Source: an uncultured Planctomycetota bacterium
GTDB lineage: Bacteria; Planctomycetota; Planctomycetia; Isosphaerales; Isosphaeraceae
Length of the DNA stretch: 64,000 nt
Direction of reading: 5' to 3'
Assembly: GCA_963823665.1 (NCBI GenBank)
Contig: CAWGMQ010000005.1
Coordinates: 1,408,001 to 1,472,000, forward strand
This document shows positions 1 through 8,870 of the stretch, one piece after another (the stretch's first letter is position 1; every line of letters starts with the position of its first letter). A program made the translations under genes and the position numbers. The notes under the pieces were generated by a model. The model made no database searches and was not told the DNA's origin. It was given only the letters and a program-made list of their open reading frames with translations.

Positions 1-85
1 ACGTTCAGGTTAATTCTCCCGGGATGGATCGTCCCGGGCAGCGAGGCGGCTACCCGTCCGACGGGGAGGCTATTGACGGGCCGAG

Positions 86-1681
86 TCAGATATTGGCCAG
101 CTCGCCGAAATACCCCCGGTCCTCGTGTTCGCCGCCCTCCCCCTCGCCGAAGGCTTTGTGGCTCTCGCAGAACTGGATTTCCCGGATCCACTTGACCATC
201 TTGAAGCCGAGCTGGTTCTCGACCCGCAGCCGTAGGGGCGTGCCGTGCAGCGTCTTGAGCGGCTCGCCGTTCATCTCGTAGGCCAGCAACGTCTGGGGGT
301 GCATGAGGTTCTGCAGCGAGTGGCAGTCGTAATACGGGCCCCCATCATGTCCTTCGCCGAACGAGTAGAACGCCGCCACCCGCGCCTCCGGCTTCGGCCG
401 GACCAGCTTGATCAACTCCGCCATGGGAAGCCCGCCCCACTCGGCGATGCCCGACCAGCCTTGAATGCAATGGTGCAGCGTGATCTGGGTATTCTTGCCC
501 ATCGCCCGGATCTCGTCCAGCGACAGTTCGACCGGGTTCTCCACCAGGCCGGAGACCTTGAGGCGGTAGTCCCTGAAGTCATCGGCGGCGAGGGTCCTCC
601 ATTCGTCGCTAGTGGGCACCTTGCCGTTCGGCCAGAAGTAGGGCGAGATGTCCTCACGGCGGAACTCCGCAACCGGAACGGCGCGATCGAGCAGGAGCTC
701 CATGACGGGCGTGACGATCGCCCGAGCGAGATGCTGGATGGTCCGGGGATACCACCACGACATCCCGTTGGCCAGCGCGTTGAGCGCCACGACCACGCCG
801 AGTCCCACTAGGCCCAGATACAGCCCGAGCGAGCCGGTATCGTCCGTGCCGAGCACGATATGGTTCATGTTCCGCATGAGCCCGGTGAGGGCCACCATGG
901 TCACATGGCCGACGAGGAAGGCGACGAAGGCGCACATGATGAGGAAGTGGAGTGACCGGCCGATCTGGCGGTTGCCGGGCAGCTTCGGATACCACGCGAA
1001 TCGATTGGTCAGGGCCGGCGACATCGAGAGCCCGGTCAGGATCGCCAGGGGAGCCAGGAGGAAAACCACCGCGAAGTAGGTCAAATGCTGGAGGGCGTTG
1101 TAGCGGTAGAACCCGTTCGGTTCGGGCGGCATGTGGAACGTGGCGTAATGGACGAAGATGGTCCAGGCATCAGGCACGATCGACCAGGAGGGCGGCACCA
1201 GCCGCCTCCATTGCCCGGTCCCGAAGAGCAGGGCTACGAAGACCAGGCCGTTGCCCACCCAGAACAGCACGCACAGGAAGTGCCAGTGCCGGGCCATGCC
1301 GACGGTGAACCGGTAGCCGGGCAGGCCGATCCAGGGAGAGAGGTAGCGGTTGTCGTCGTTGGCCGTCCAGACGCGGTCCTTCGGCACGTCGATCGGCGTC
1401 AGTCGCAGCCACTCGGTGCCGGGTGTGCAGTGGACGTTCCAATACAACCGAGGGTGGTCCATGAGGATCTGCAAGCCGCTACGGACGAGCAGGATGAGGA
1501 ACAGGAAGTTGACGTAATGGGTGATCCGGAGCCACGCCGGGAAGCCGTGGGGCGCGGCAGCCTCGGGAGCCGCCTCGGGACTGACGGGAACCTGCGGCAG
1601 GCCGAATACGGCCCATTGCGCGTAGGCCGCGGCCACAGGGAGCAGGACGGCCGCGAGGAGCATCACTCGCCGATTTCTCAT
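86..1681 (-). CDS. Membrane cytochrome b domain fused to sulfite-oxidase-family molybdopterin domain (MsrPQ-like oxidoreductase)
   Basis: Hydrophobic N-terminal half with His motifs (ITHYVNF, RHWHF, SLHF). C-terminal HHCIQGWSG, LLAYEMNGEPL and HGTPLRLRVENQLGFKMVKW motifs. Start taken at ATG 1681 (MRNRR); the ORF extends to 1765. Confidence 0.85.
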   Translation of the reverse strand: MRNRRVMLLAAVLLPVAAAYAQWAVFGLPQVPVSPEAAPEAAAPHGFPAWLRITHYVNFLFLILLVRSGLQILMDHPRLYWNVHCTPGTEWLRLTPIDVPKDRVWTANDDNRYLSPWIGLPGYRFTVGMARHWHFLCVLFWVGNGLVFVALLFGTGQWRRLVPPSWSIVPDAWTIFVHYATFHMPPEPNGFYRYNALQHLTYFAVVFLLAPLAILTGLSMSPALTNRFAWYPKLPGNRQIGRSLHFLIMCAFVAFLVGHVTMVALTGLMRNMNHIVLGTDDTGSLGLYLGLVGLGVVVALNALANGMSWWYPRTIQHLARAIVTPVMELLLDRAVPVAEFRREDISPYFWPNGKVPTSDEWRTLAADDFRDYRLKVSGLVENPVELSLDEIRAMGKNTQITLHHCIQGWSGIAEWGGLPMAELIKLVRPKPEARVAAFYSFGEGHDGGPYYDCHSLQNLMHPQTLLAYEMNGEPLKTLHGTPLRLRVENQLGFKMVKWIREIQFCESHKAFGEGEGGEHEDRGYFGELANI

Positions 1682-2068
1682 GTATAAATTCCTATCATAT
1701 GTGGCCTGGGGAGCTCGGCCCCTCGCTCGAGGGGCACGGCGTCGTTTTCCTGAGAAGCCAGACACCCACCCTCTGGAGTCAGTTTATTCGGATGCGAGGC
1801 GCACGTCACTCGCGCACCGGTCCGAACTCCGCGCTCGCTGTATCGCCGCGGCCGATGCCGCGCGTCATACGCGCCGTGGCACCACCGTGAACAAGCCTCT
1901 GCGCTTCGTCGCCGGCGCTTGCACCGTCGGTTGCTGGTAACCGCTCAGTATGGACAGCGGTACTTCGTCGCTTACCGCGCCGGCCACGGCAACGCCGCTA
2001 GCTGGCCTCAAGTCAACCGAGTCCTGCGTCTGGCACTGCGACCAGGGCTCAACGAGTAAGCGAGCAGC

Positions 2069-2290
2069 TTACTTACAAAAACGCAGCTTGCGCGGCAGCC
2101 TTCCCCTGAAACCACTGCCGCGAGCAACGTGGCGCCGTGCGCACGAGCGAAGTTGCTCGAGCTGCGGCCTGCTTGAACATGCGGCCAAACTCGCGCACCG
2201 TGTCGACCCAGTTCGATCGATCCACACCGAGCCGGTCCAAGATCGGAGCCAGGTCTTCAGCACGCCAGAATTGCAGCCTCATCAAGCAAG
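2069..2290 (-). pseudogene. C-terminal remnant of a RAYT/IS200-like (Y1 HUH) transposase
   Basis: LAPILDRLGVDRSNWVDTVREFGRMFKQAA...CSRQWFQGKAAAQAAFL resembles the C-terminal tail of REP-associated transposases. The 5' part is replaced by a repeat cluster. A near-identical segment lies at 36590-36665. Confidence 0.6.
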
Positions 2291-2425
2291 TGGATCCCAG
2301 ACACCCATCCTTTCGTGGATCCCGTACACCCACTCATTCGCGGCTTGCACGTTCAGCGCAATGTATTCCAGACACCCATCATTTCGTCATGGCCCCAGCA
2401 TCCACTCATTCGCAGCTCGCACGTT
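2291..2425. repeat. Cluster of four imperfect ~24-bp REP-like units
   Basis: ggatcccagacacccatcctttcg / tggatcccgtacacccactcattcg / tattccagacacccatcatttcg / tggccccagcatccactcattcg. The A-B-A-B pattern has a ~72-bp period. Confidence 0.7.
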
Positions 2426-2533
2426 CGATGCAAGACCACGGCCTCTGGTCATTTCGAAAACGCAGAACGCGGGTGCCCGACGCTCGACAAACGGTGAGTG
2501 TTCGACATCCCCGCAAGCGTCGGCCGTCGCGCC

Positions 2534-3008
2534 TCAGTCGCTTCGCGCGCGGCGGCCGACTCGGCGTTGCCGGCGCCGCAAGCGTTGAACGCCGCGCTCA
2601 TACTCAAGAAGGCGGGCAAGCGACGACCCGCCAGGCAAGCCTCGCAGCCCCAGGTAGAGCTCGTTCTGGACCATTTGCCAGTTCTCTCCAGGCGCTTCAA
2701 GAATCGGACCCGAGTGCGGCTTCGGCCATCCGCCGGTGCGCGCACGGTGTGCATCAGCCCACGCCAGGATATGTTCCACAGTGAAGGGAACAAGGCCCTG
2801 CACATTCCGCAATCCGCGCTCTTCAGCGAGCAAGCGAGCAATCGATGATCCGCCAGCAAGACCGCGCAAGCCAACGTAGAGAGCGTCATGAACGCTGTGC
2901 CATGTCTCGCCCGGTGCCTCAGGGATGGCGCCGGATCCGGGCTTCGGCCAGGTGCCGTGGCGGGCTTGGTGCGCGTCAGCCCATCGGAGTATTTCTTGAA
3001 TTCGAAAG
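2534..3008 (-). pseudogene. 5'-truncated planctomycete repeat protein (~72-aa ILxWADAH...GLRGLPGGSS repeats)
   Basis: The frame upstream of the listed ORF reads PFRIQEILRWADAHQARHGTWPKPGSGAIPEAPGETWHSVHDALYVGLRGLAGGSS, followed by a second copy. It ends abruptly at the repeat at 3009 with no start codon. Confidence 0.7.
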
Positions 3009-3060
3009 GGGGAGTGAAACCGGGACGCAACTAGGGGGAGTGAAACCGGGACGCAACTAG
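3009..3060 (+). repeat. Perfect tandem 2 x 26-bp REP-like motif GGGGAGTGAAACCGGGACGCAACTAG
   Basis: 3009-3034 and 3035-3060 are identical. Confidence 0.95.
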
Positions 3061-3266
3061 TTTAGACGTTCTACGGACACCACGCCGTATTCCTTGGCAA
3101 AATCAAATCCACACACTTCGCTCTCGAGACGGCGTTTCTTTTGCAGAACGTCTCGCTTCTTCGCCAGCGTATTTCGTTGATTCCTCTCGATCGGCAAAGC
3201 GCCTCCAGCCTGACGCGCCGATCACCTGCACAGTGCGACGGGCCTCTTCACGTTCGGGTTGTCGGA

Positions 3267-3645
3267 CTACCGGGACTGGCCCCTTCGCAGGCTCCACAGT
3301 CCGCGCCGAGAGGATGAAGGTGAAGCCCCCGAGCCCGCCGAGCGCCCAGAGTGTCCAGACGAAGAAAAAGCCGCCGGGGGATCTGGCGATCTCGCCGTAA
3401 TGTGCCCCCCTCATGTGGATGACGGGCGTGCCTGCCGCGAACAATCCGACGAGCAGCATGATGACGTGCCCCGATCGCCGCTCGGGGAGCACGAGCGTCC
3501 CGTACAGGAGGACCGCGAGGATGAGCAGCGCGATGTTTGAGCTCTCGGCCTCCGATATCCCACGGACGATGTCGTCCGTAATGTGAAGCGTCAGCAAGAG
3601 GATCGAGAGCAGAGACGCGATGGTTAACATGGTGTTGTGTTTCAT
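3267..3645 (-). CDS. Small ~4-TM membrane protein, one frameshift near the C-terminus
   Basis: AAGGAG RBS before MKHNTMLTIASLLSILL and four hydrophobic segments. A frame change at ~3300 gives ...SARGLWSLRRGQSR* (TAG 3267-3269). Confidence 0.7.
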
Positions 3646-3747
3646 TGGAAATTCTCCTTGTTGGATTTGTGCGTGCCTCATTGCCCTGCTGCCTTTGCCT
3701 GCTCCCTCCAGCGCTGCTCGTTCACACCAAACACCAGGAGCCACAGC

Positions 3748-3776
3748 GGGGAGGGAAACACGGACGCGATTAGTTT
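3748..3776 (+). repeat. REP-like motif GGGGAGGGAAACACGGACGCGATTAGTTT
   Basis: Variant of the 3009 motif, same orientation. Confidence 0.8.
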
Positions 3777-3833
3777 GTCTATGCTCCCTCGGCTAAACAA
3801 GGTGTCGGGAACCCTATTGTAAGTTCGAAGCCC

Positions 3834-3925
3834 TCACCGCGGGATCGACGCCACGGCCGCCGTACGCCGCGCCGGGCTGGCCTCGAGGGCGTCGAGCAAG
3901 ACGACGGCTGCCTCGGCGTCGGCGA
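3834..3925 (-). pseudogene. C-terminal gene fragment (LADAEAAVVLLDALEASPARRTAAVASIPR*)
   Basis: High-GC3 frame ending in TGA, cut at the left edge of the 3926 repeat. Parent family not recognised. Confidence 0.45.
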
Positions 3926-3971
3926 GGGGAATGAAACAGGGACGCGACGGGGAATGAAACAGGGACGCGAC
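3926..3971 (+). repeat. Perfect tandem 2 x 23-bp REP-like motif GGGGAATGAAACAGGGACGCGAC
   Basis: 3926-3948 and 3949-3971 are identical. Confidence 0.95.
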
Positions 3972-4267
3972 GAGTATTTCCAAGGACATCGAGAACGAGG
4001 AAAATCTGGTCGCCGATTTTTAGGCGACTGCCGGCCCGTCGAAGCTCCGCGCGAGGCTCGCCGAATGGAATGCTTCGCTCGATCCGCTCTTATCTTGAAG
4101 CAACTCCGACTCGGCTCGATCTCGCCGTTGTTCTCATTCGGGAAGCGCCCGAGATCGAGGCGTTCACGAAGGGCCACGCGGTTGCACACCACCGTTGAAA
4201 TCCGTGCAAAACACGCGAATTACCGAAACAGTAAGTGCCAGAGGCGTATGGTCTTCCGCTTCTTGGA

Positions 4268-4314
4268 CCATCCTCACACGGTGGAAGTCGCCGGTTCGAA
4301 GCCAGCGCCGCCCA
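4268..4314 (+). mobile_element. 3' half of tRNA-Val(CAC): att-site remnant
   Basis: Anticodon arm CCATC-CTCACAC-GGTGG, variable AAGTC, T-arm GCCGG-TTCGAAG-CCAGC, acceptor 3' strand GCCGCCCA. No D-arm or 5' acceptor strand. Confidence 0.8.
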
Positions 4315-4336
4315 TGAGAGTCCCGGCGAATTCGAA

Positions 4337-4708
4337 TCAAACGGGTTCAAGGTCCAGCACCACCCGCATGCCCAGTGCCGACGCCAAGGTTTCCATGGTC
4401 GCGATGGTCGGATTGAATTGCTTGCCCGTCTCCAGCTTCGACAGATTTGCACCCTTGATCCCGGTGCGCCGCTCCAGATCGCTTAGACTCAGACCTTGCC
4501 GCTCTCGCTCACGCCTGATCTTTGCGAGAAACTCCACAACGACCGGGGGCGCCTCCTTCGGTGGAAATTCCTCTTTGATCTCCTCGATTTCCTGGCCAAG
4601 TTTGGCCTGGTATTCGGGGGAGCGCCAGATGCGGCGGGCCTCATCGAGCTTCGCCTGTTCTTCGGGCGTCAGCGGCTTCCCTTTGGTTCGGTTAGATCGT
4701 TCGCTCAT
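4337..4708 (-). CDS. XRE-family HTH regulator/antitoxin (copy 1)
   Basis: IRRERERQGLSLSDLERRTGIKGANLSKLETGKQFNPTIATMETLASALG; GAGGAG RBS. Confidence 0.9.
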   Translation of the reverse strand: MSERSNRTKGKPLTPEEQAKLDEARRIWRSPEYQAKLGQEIEEIKEEFPPKEAPPVVVEFLAKIRRERERQGLSLSDLERRTGIKGANLSKLETGKQFNPTIATMETLASALGMRVVLDLEPV

Positions 4709-4719
4709 GGTCCCTCTCC

Positions 4720-4860
4720 TCAGTCCAATTCGCAGGCCGTTGCAGGCCGGATGATGTTAAACGACTTGTCACCCATCACGTCGTATCCCTTCTCGACGAA
4801 AAGTTCCGTGCGATCATCGACCCCGCCCCACCAAGCCCCGACGACCCAGTACTGAGTCAT
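4720..4860 (-). pseudogene. Short probably chimeric ORF upstream of the HTH gene
   Basis: MTQYWVVGAWWGGVDDRTELFVEKGY followed by DVMGDKSFNIIRPATACELD*. The tail resembles the end of BrnT/RelE-like toxins that precede XRE antitoxins. Confidence 0.35.
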
Positions 4861-5146
4861 GACCAATTCCCTTGAAGCGCGTGTTCTTATTGCAAGAGCC
4901 ACTCGATCATCGTGCGGTCCGAAGCGACCTGAACCTCGTCGTAATGGCTCGAGGCTCACCGCAACCGTGTCACACCCTCAGTCGAATGGCAAGTCACACA
5001 TAGCCGCTCGGCAACGCCAAGTTTTTCGTCGAGCGCACGATCCCGCCGCCGCACGCGGCGCACGCGCGGTCCGTCGCTCCGCCCATGATTATAGACGACT
5101 GGAATACGGTACAATGGGTTTGTTCGCTCTAAACAGAAAGGCACCC

Positions 5147-5497
5147 ATGACAACGTTGGATTTCGAACCCTTAAGCGTGGCTGTTCGTCTGCGCGAAGAC
5201 CCTCCCGGCGTGATCCGCGTCGGAAATAGCCACGTCCTTCTCGAATTGGTCCTCAACGCCTTCAAACGGGGAGAGTCTCCGGAGGGCATCGTCAGGTCTT
5301 ATCGGACACTGCAACTTGCCGACGTTTACGCGGTCGTCAGCCGTTACCTTGCTAATCCCGCCCCGTTCGACGAGTACCTTCGGCGATGTGACGAAGAAGC
5401 GGAAGCCATTCGACGCAAGATCGAAGCATCGCAGCGGCCAGGGCCAAGCAAGGAAGAATTGCTCGCTCGCGCCCGGGCGAAGGGACTGATCCCTTGA
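5147..5497 (+). CDS. DUF433-family antitoxin
   Basis: IRVGNSHVLLELVLNAFKRGESPEGIVRSYRTLQLADVYAVVSRYL. TACAAT -10 box at 5111 and AAAGG RBS. Confidence 0.85.
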   Translation: MTTLDFEPLSVAVRLREDPPGVIRVGNSHVLLELVLNAFKRGESPEGIVRSYRTLQLADVYAVVSRYLANPAPFDEYLRRCDEEAEAIRRKIEASQRPGPSKEELLARARAKGLIP

Positions 5498-5507
5498 TCG
5501 CGTTCCT

Positions 5508-5644
5508 GGGGAGCGAAACCGGGACGCAGCTAGATTCGCATGGAGTGAAACCGGGACGCAGCTAGACTCGGAGTTCCACGGACACCAAACCTGACTCTGT
5601 CGTTCCGAGTTCCGAGACTTGAGTTCCGGGGACACCATCCCTAA
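5508..5644 (+). repeat. REP-like cluster: 2 x GGAG(C/T)GAAACCGGGACGCAGCTAG plus 2 x GAGTTCCxxGGACACCA
   Basis: Copies at 5508-5533, 5542-5565, 5571-5587 and 5621-5637. A related ttctacggacacca lies at ~3069. Confidence 0.85.
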
Positions 5645-5769
5645 CGCCCCGCCTCAGTGCCCATCTTCACCCGGTCCGCGATCGCTCGGCATGCCGCAGG
5701 TACAGAGTGCGCCAGAAGCCGATCCATCGGACCGAGCACCGCCCATATCATCGATCCATTCGGGCCGAC

Positions 5770-6897
5770 TCAAACAGAAAGAATCTGTTCCAGAACCCAT
5801 TCATAAACACCGAGCAAGGCTTCCATCCGTCCTTCCTCCACCAGGGATTCCAGCGGGAAGGACGGCCTTCTGGCGATGCTATCTACCGGAAGGGAAATGC
5901 CTGGAATCGCATTGAGTCGATTCAACTTCTCAATCCGAAGCGCCTCTGCGCCAAAGGGCGGCCTTCTCAGGTAATGCTGGAAATGCGTCTCGAAGCTGCC
6001 GTACGTGTAAACTGCGAAGAGTGGGTAGTCGATCCCCTCGTGCTGAAAGACCGGGACGAATGAGCCGGATTGTGCGCCCGCCCCCCAGTCGATTCTGGGA
6101 ACCTTCGATCTGCACCAATCGAGAATTCTCCTCGCAACTGGCACAGCGTCCGGGTGCTTCGCCTGCAAATCGGCGAAAAAGGAGGCTTCGTCCCATTTCC
6201 GCCCGGAGCTCGCTCCAACCGACTTGATCCTCTGCGCGGTCGCCGTTTGACCGATCAGAATCGGCGCAAGTGTACGCAGCCCTTGACCGACGCACTGCCT
6301 GATCTCGATCGCTAGGACTTCCGCAGGGTTCATCTGGCCGTTGAGAAACTCAACAATCCGACGCAGGCCGGGGGGTATCTCATCAGCCACGAAGATCAGC
6401 CGGATTCGACCGGCTTGGAGGTTCGTTTGAACGGCCTGCCAGAAATCTTCCCGTCCGTCTTCCGTACCGAGGAAATCCGTTAGCCTCTCGTCGGGGTCGA
6501 GCCCCCGCTCGCCACACGTCCGTTCGTAACGACTCCGGATCTCCTCAACCCGCCAGAACGCCGCACCGTTCGCGGCGTAATCCAGCATCTGGCCAACGAC
6601 CTCCCGACGGATCTGAGTGTTCGCGCTTCTCTTGACCTCCACAAGTGTCGGCACTGCATCCTGGTCGACAAACAAATGATCAAGAGAACCGCGATCGGCA
6701 CCGTCATCGCCGGAAACGCGCATCTCCCTGCTGACCAGCAGCCAACGCCTCGGCTTCTCCGGATCGATTTGGTCACCGGCTAATAAGTTCGAATAGTCGG
6801 CCAGGAGCCGTTGCAACAGAGCTTCAGAGTCATAAGGCGTTTCGCGCATCTCGACCAGCGCGCCGTCCTCGTGTAGAACGAAAATGCTGCCCGGCAT
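5770..6897 (-). CDS. PD-(D/E)XK nuclease, NucS-like N-terminal domain
   Basis: SEALLQRLL...REM...LDHLFVDQDAVPTLVEVKR...REVVGQMLDYAA motif; GAGGAG RBS. Confidence 0.75.
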   Translation of the reverse strand: MPGSIFVLHEDGALVEMRETPYDSEALLQRLLADYSNLLAGDQIDPEKPRRWLLVSREMRVSGDDGADRGSLDHLFVDQDAVPTLVEVKRSANTQIRREVVGQMLDYAANGAAFWRVEEIRSRYERTCGERGLDPDERLTDFLGTEDGREDFWQAVQTNLQAGRIRLIFVADEIPPGLRRIVEFLNGQMNPAEVLAIEIRQCVGQGLRTLAPILIGQTATAQRIKSVGASSGRKWDEASFFADLQAKHPDAVPVARRILDWCRSKVPRIDWGAGAQSGSFVPVFQHEGIDYPLFAVYTYGSFETHFQHYLRRPPFGAEALRIEKLNRLNAIPGISLPVDSIARRPSFPLESLVEEGRMEALLGVYEWVLEQILSV

Positions 6898-7083
6898 GTT
6901 GCTGACTCCTCGAAATCAAGAAGGCAATTCGCGCGAGAAGTGCTGCCAGTATGAGCGCACGCGGCTCGCATGTAAAAGTGTGGGGTTTTCCCGACCGCCG
7001 CCGCTCGATGCCCTATTCGGCCCTTGACCGCGGTTTGTATTTGTCGCGAAAGTCCTCGACGCTCATCATGGGCTTGGTTCTGT

Positions 7084-7118
7084 GGAAAAGGTGTCAGGAA
7101 CCGAAAACGGTCTTCCCG
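7084..7118 (+). repeat. REP-like motif GGAAAAGGTGTCAGGAACCGAAAACGG
   Basis: Related to aaacaaggtgtcgggaaccc at ~3795. It abuts the HNH stop codon on its right and a C-terminal gene fragment on its left. Confidence 0.6.
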
Positions 7119-7553
7119 TCACACGTCACTTGGCGGATGCCAGCTCGCGAGCACCCAGTACGCTCGCACAATGAGCGCATCAGGATCGTCCGCAAGATGC
7201 AAAGCGGCAACAGTAGCACGCCCCGTCGGCGTCAGGCCCACCACCCGAATGCCGTCCGCGGACCAGCAAAAATGCTCGGACCAACGCTGAGTCCGCGGAT
7301 TGAACAGGGCCGTTTCAATGCCAGACTCGGGATCTCGTGCCGATGTCCGATCCGATTTAAAACGGTTGCAAAGCGGGCAACACAACCACAGGTTTGATTC
7401 CGTGCTGACGCCCCCTTTACCCTTGGGAATGATGTGCTCGATCTCCAGTCGCGCCATCACAAGTCGCTGCGGACTGAGACAGTAACCGCACCGATTCCCC
7501 GCGCTCGCACGAACGCGCCGTTCAACCTCCGGCGAAATCCAGTCACGCGGCAT
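7119..7553 (-). CDS. HNH endonuclease (copy 1)
   Basis: RCGYC...EIEHIIPKGKGG...NLWLCCPLCNRFKS, LFNPRTQRWSEHF, GLTPTGRATV. Start MPRDWIS overlaps the upstream stop. Confidence 0.9.
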   Translation of the reverse strand: MPRDWISPEVERRVRASAGNRCGYCLSPQRLVMARLEIEHIIPKGKGGVSTESNLWLCCPLCNRFKSDRTSARDPESGIETALFNPRTQRWSEHFCWSADGIRVVGLTPTGRATVAALHLADDPDALIVRAYWVLASWHPPSDV

Positions 7554-7935
7554 GATCAGCATCTGCCCCGGCAGCGTCCACCGACGCTCGAAGGCCGCGC
7601 GCCACTGCTTCCTTCCACGCGCGCGCCTTCTGCACCAACCCCCGTCGATAAACGACGATAAGCTCGTCAAGCCGCGCACGCTCCGATCCCGCCAGCTTGC
7701 CCTCTCGGGCATCCGATAGCAAACCGCTCAGCTCCGCCTGAAGATCGGCGCCGATCACCGCGTCGCAAAGGGCTAAGACATCGCCATCGGGCATACCCGC
7801 CATCTCTTGCTCCGCGACCGCCTGGCCAATCCAGTCGACCGCCGCATCCTCGAGCCGGCGATTGGAGGCTGCGGCCGCGCTACGCGCGCGCCGGGCAAGC
7901 TCGTCCGAAAGTTCCACTGTGAGTGATTGACCCAT
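7543..7935 (-). CDS. Small helical protein coupled to the HNH gene (putative antitoxin, RHH-like N-terminus)
   Basis: MGQSLTVELSDELARRAR...; LSGLLSDAREGKLAGSERARLDEL...KARA. Overlaps the HNH start by 11 bp. Confidence 0.7.
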   Translation of the reverse strand: MGQSLTVELSDELARRARSAAAASNRRLEDAAVDWIGQAVAEQEMAGMPDGDVLALCDAVIGADLQAELSGLLSDAREGKLAGSERARLDELIVVYRRGLVQKARAWKEAVARGLRASVDAAGADADHAA

Positions 7936-8100
7936 AAGCCCCACCTCGACAAGCTACCGCATCCGCCGGAGCTTCCCACGCCCTGCTCGCTCGGGCCGAC
8001 CGCCCAAACCTCCTGATGATCATACCATTTCGCCGATGCCCAGGCGAAGACCAACGCAAGCCCGATTCACCCCGCCAATGGATCTTCGTCCACGAGGTCA

Positions 8101-8367
8101 GACCCTCCACGGGGTCAGACCCAGTTTCAATTTAGTTCAGAATCCGGCCAACAACGGCAGCGTCGAGCCCAAATCGCGAAGCGTGTCCCCTACCCAAGAA
8201 ATTACAACCGAGCACACGCGTTGAGCCGGCCCGCCCGGATTGATATCCCGCTCATCCCGAAAGACAAGATCTTCAAACGGATAGCATTTGGTCCCGGCGA
8301 TTTTGGGAATTCCTGATCAGTCACCCCGGAGCAACCAGAAGTATGATCCGTGTTCGACCAGTATTTC
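8101..8367 (+). repeat. ~265-bp non-coding direct repeat, copy 1
   Basis: Aligns along its full length with 8871-9137; shared blocks include cgagcacacgcgttgagccgg, cccgctcatcccgaaagacaa, aacggatagcatttggtc and cagaagtatgatccgtgttcga. Confidence 0.9.
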
Positions 8368-8580
8368 GTGAGTCGCTTTGAAGCGACGTGTTCAGTGAAA
8401 TCGAGAAGCTCGCACGGGAGCTTCGGCCAAGATTGGAGCACGATGAACGACGTTCATCCGAAAAACGTCCAAAAACAACTGGCACAAACCACATCTGGCT
8501 CTCGAGAATGAAATGTGCCACGCGGACGTTCCGGCAAACAAGGTCTCTAACTGGAAAGCCTCACTCATGTGGAGATTAGC

Positions 8581-8799
8581 ATGACTCGTCTGGTTATTCA
8601 TTCGCGAGTCGGCGCGGATGGTGTTGTGCACATCACCGTACCGATAGGCAAAGAAGACGCCGATCGGGACGTACAAGTGACCATCGATCCGGCTCCGGTC
8701 GAGCCGCCCCCGATGACGGAGCAGGAGTGGCGGGCCTTCGTCCTGTCAACAGCCGGCTCTTGGGAGGGAGACCTCGAGCGACCCAAACAGGGAGAGTAG
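8581..8799 (+). CDS. Small antitoxin-like protein, possibly C-terminally clipped
   Basis: GGAG RBS. MTRLVIHSRVGADGVVHITVPIG...WRAFVLSTAGSWEGDLERPKQGE resembles antitoxins found upstream of VapC. No toxin follows. Confidence 0.65.
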   Translation: MTRLVIHSRVGADGVVHITVPIGKEDADRDVQVTIDPAPVEPPPMTEQEWRAFVLSTAGSWEGDLERPKQGE

Positions 8800-8870
8800 C
8801 TCTTCATCCCAAAGCGACCGGAAACGGCGGTTCAGCTCGTTTTTCATTCCAATACATTGCCCTTCCATCG

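Noticed and set aside
4240..4314. Intact tRNA-Val gene (also 42024-42100)
   Set aside because: No D-arm or pairing 5' acceptor strand, and the T-stem has mismatches.
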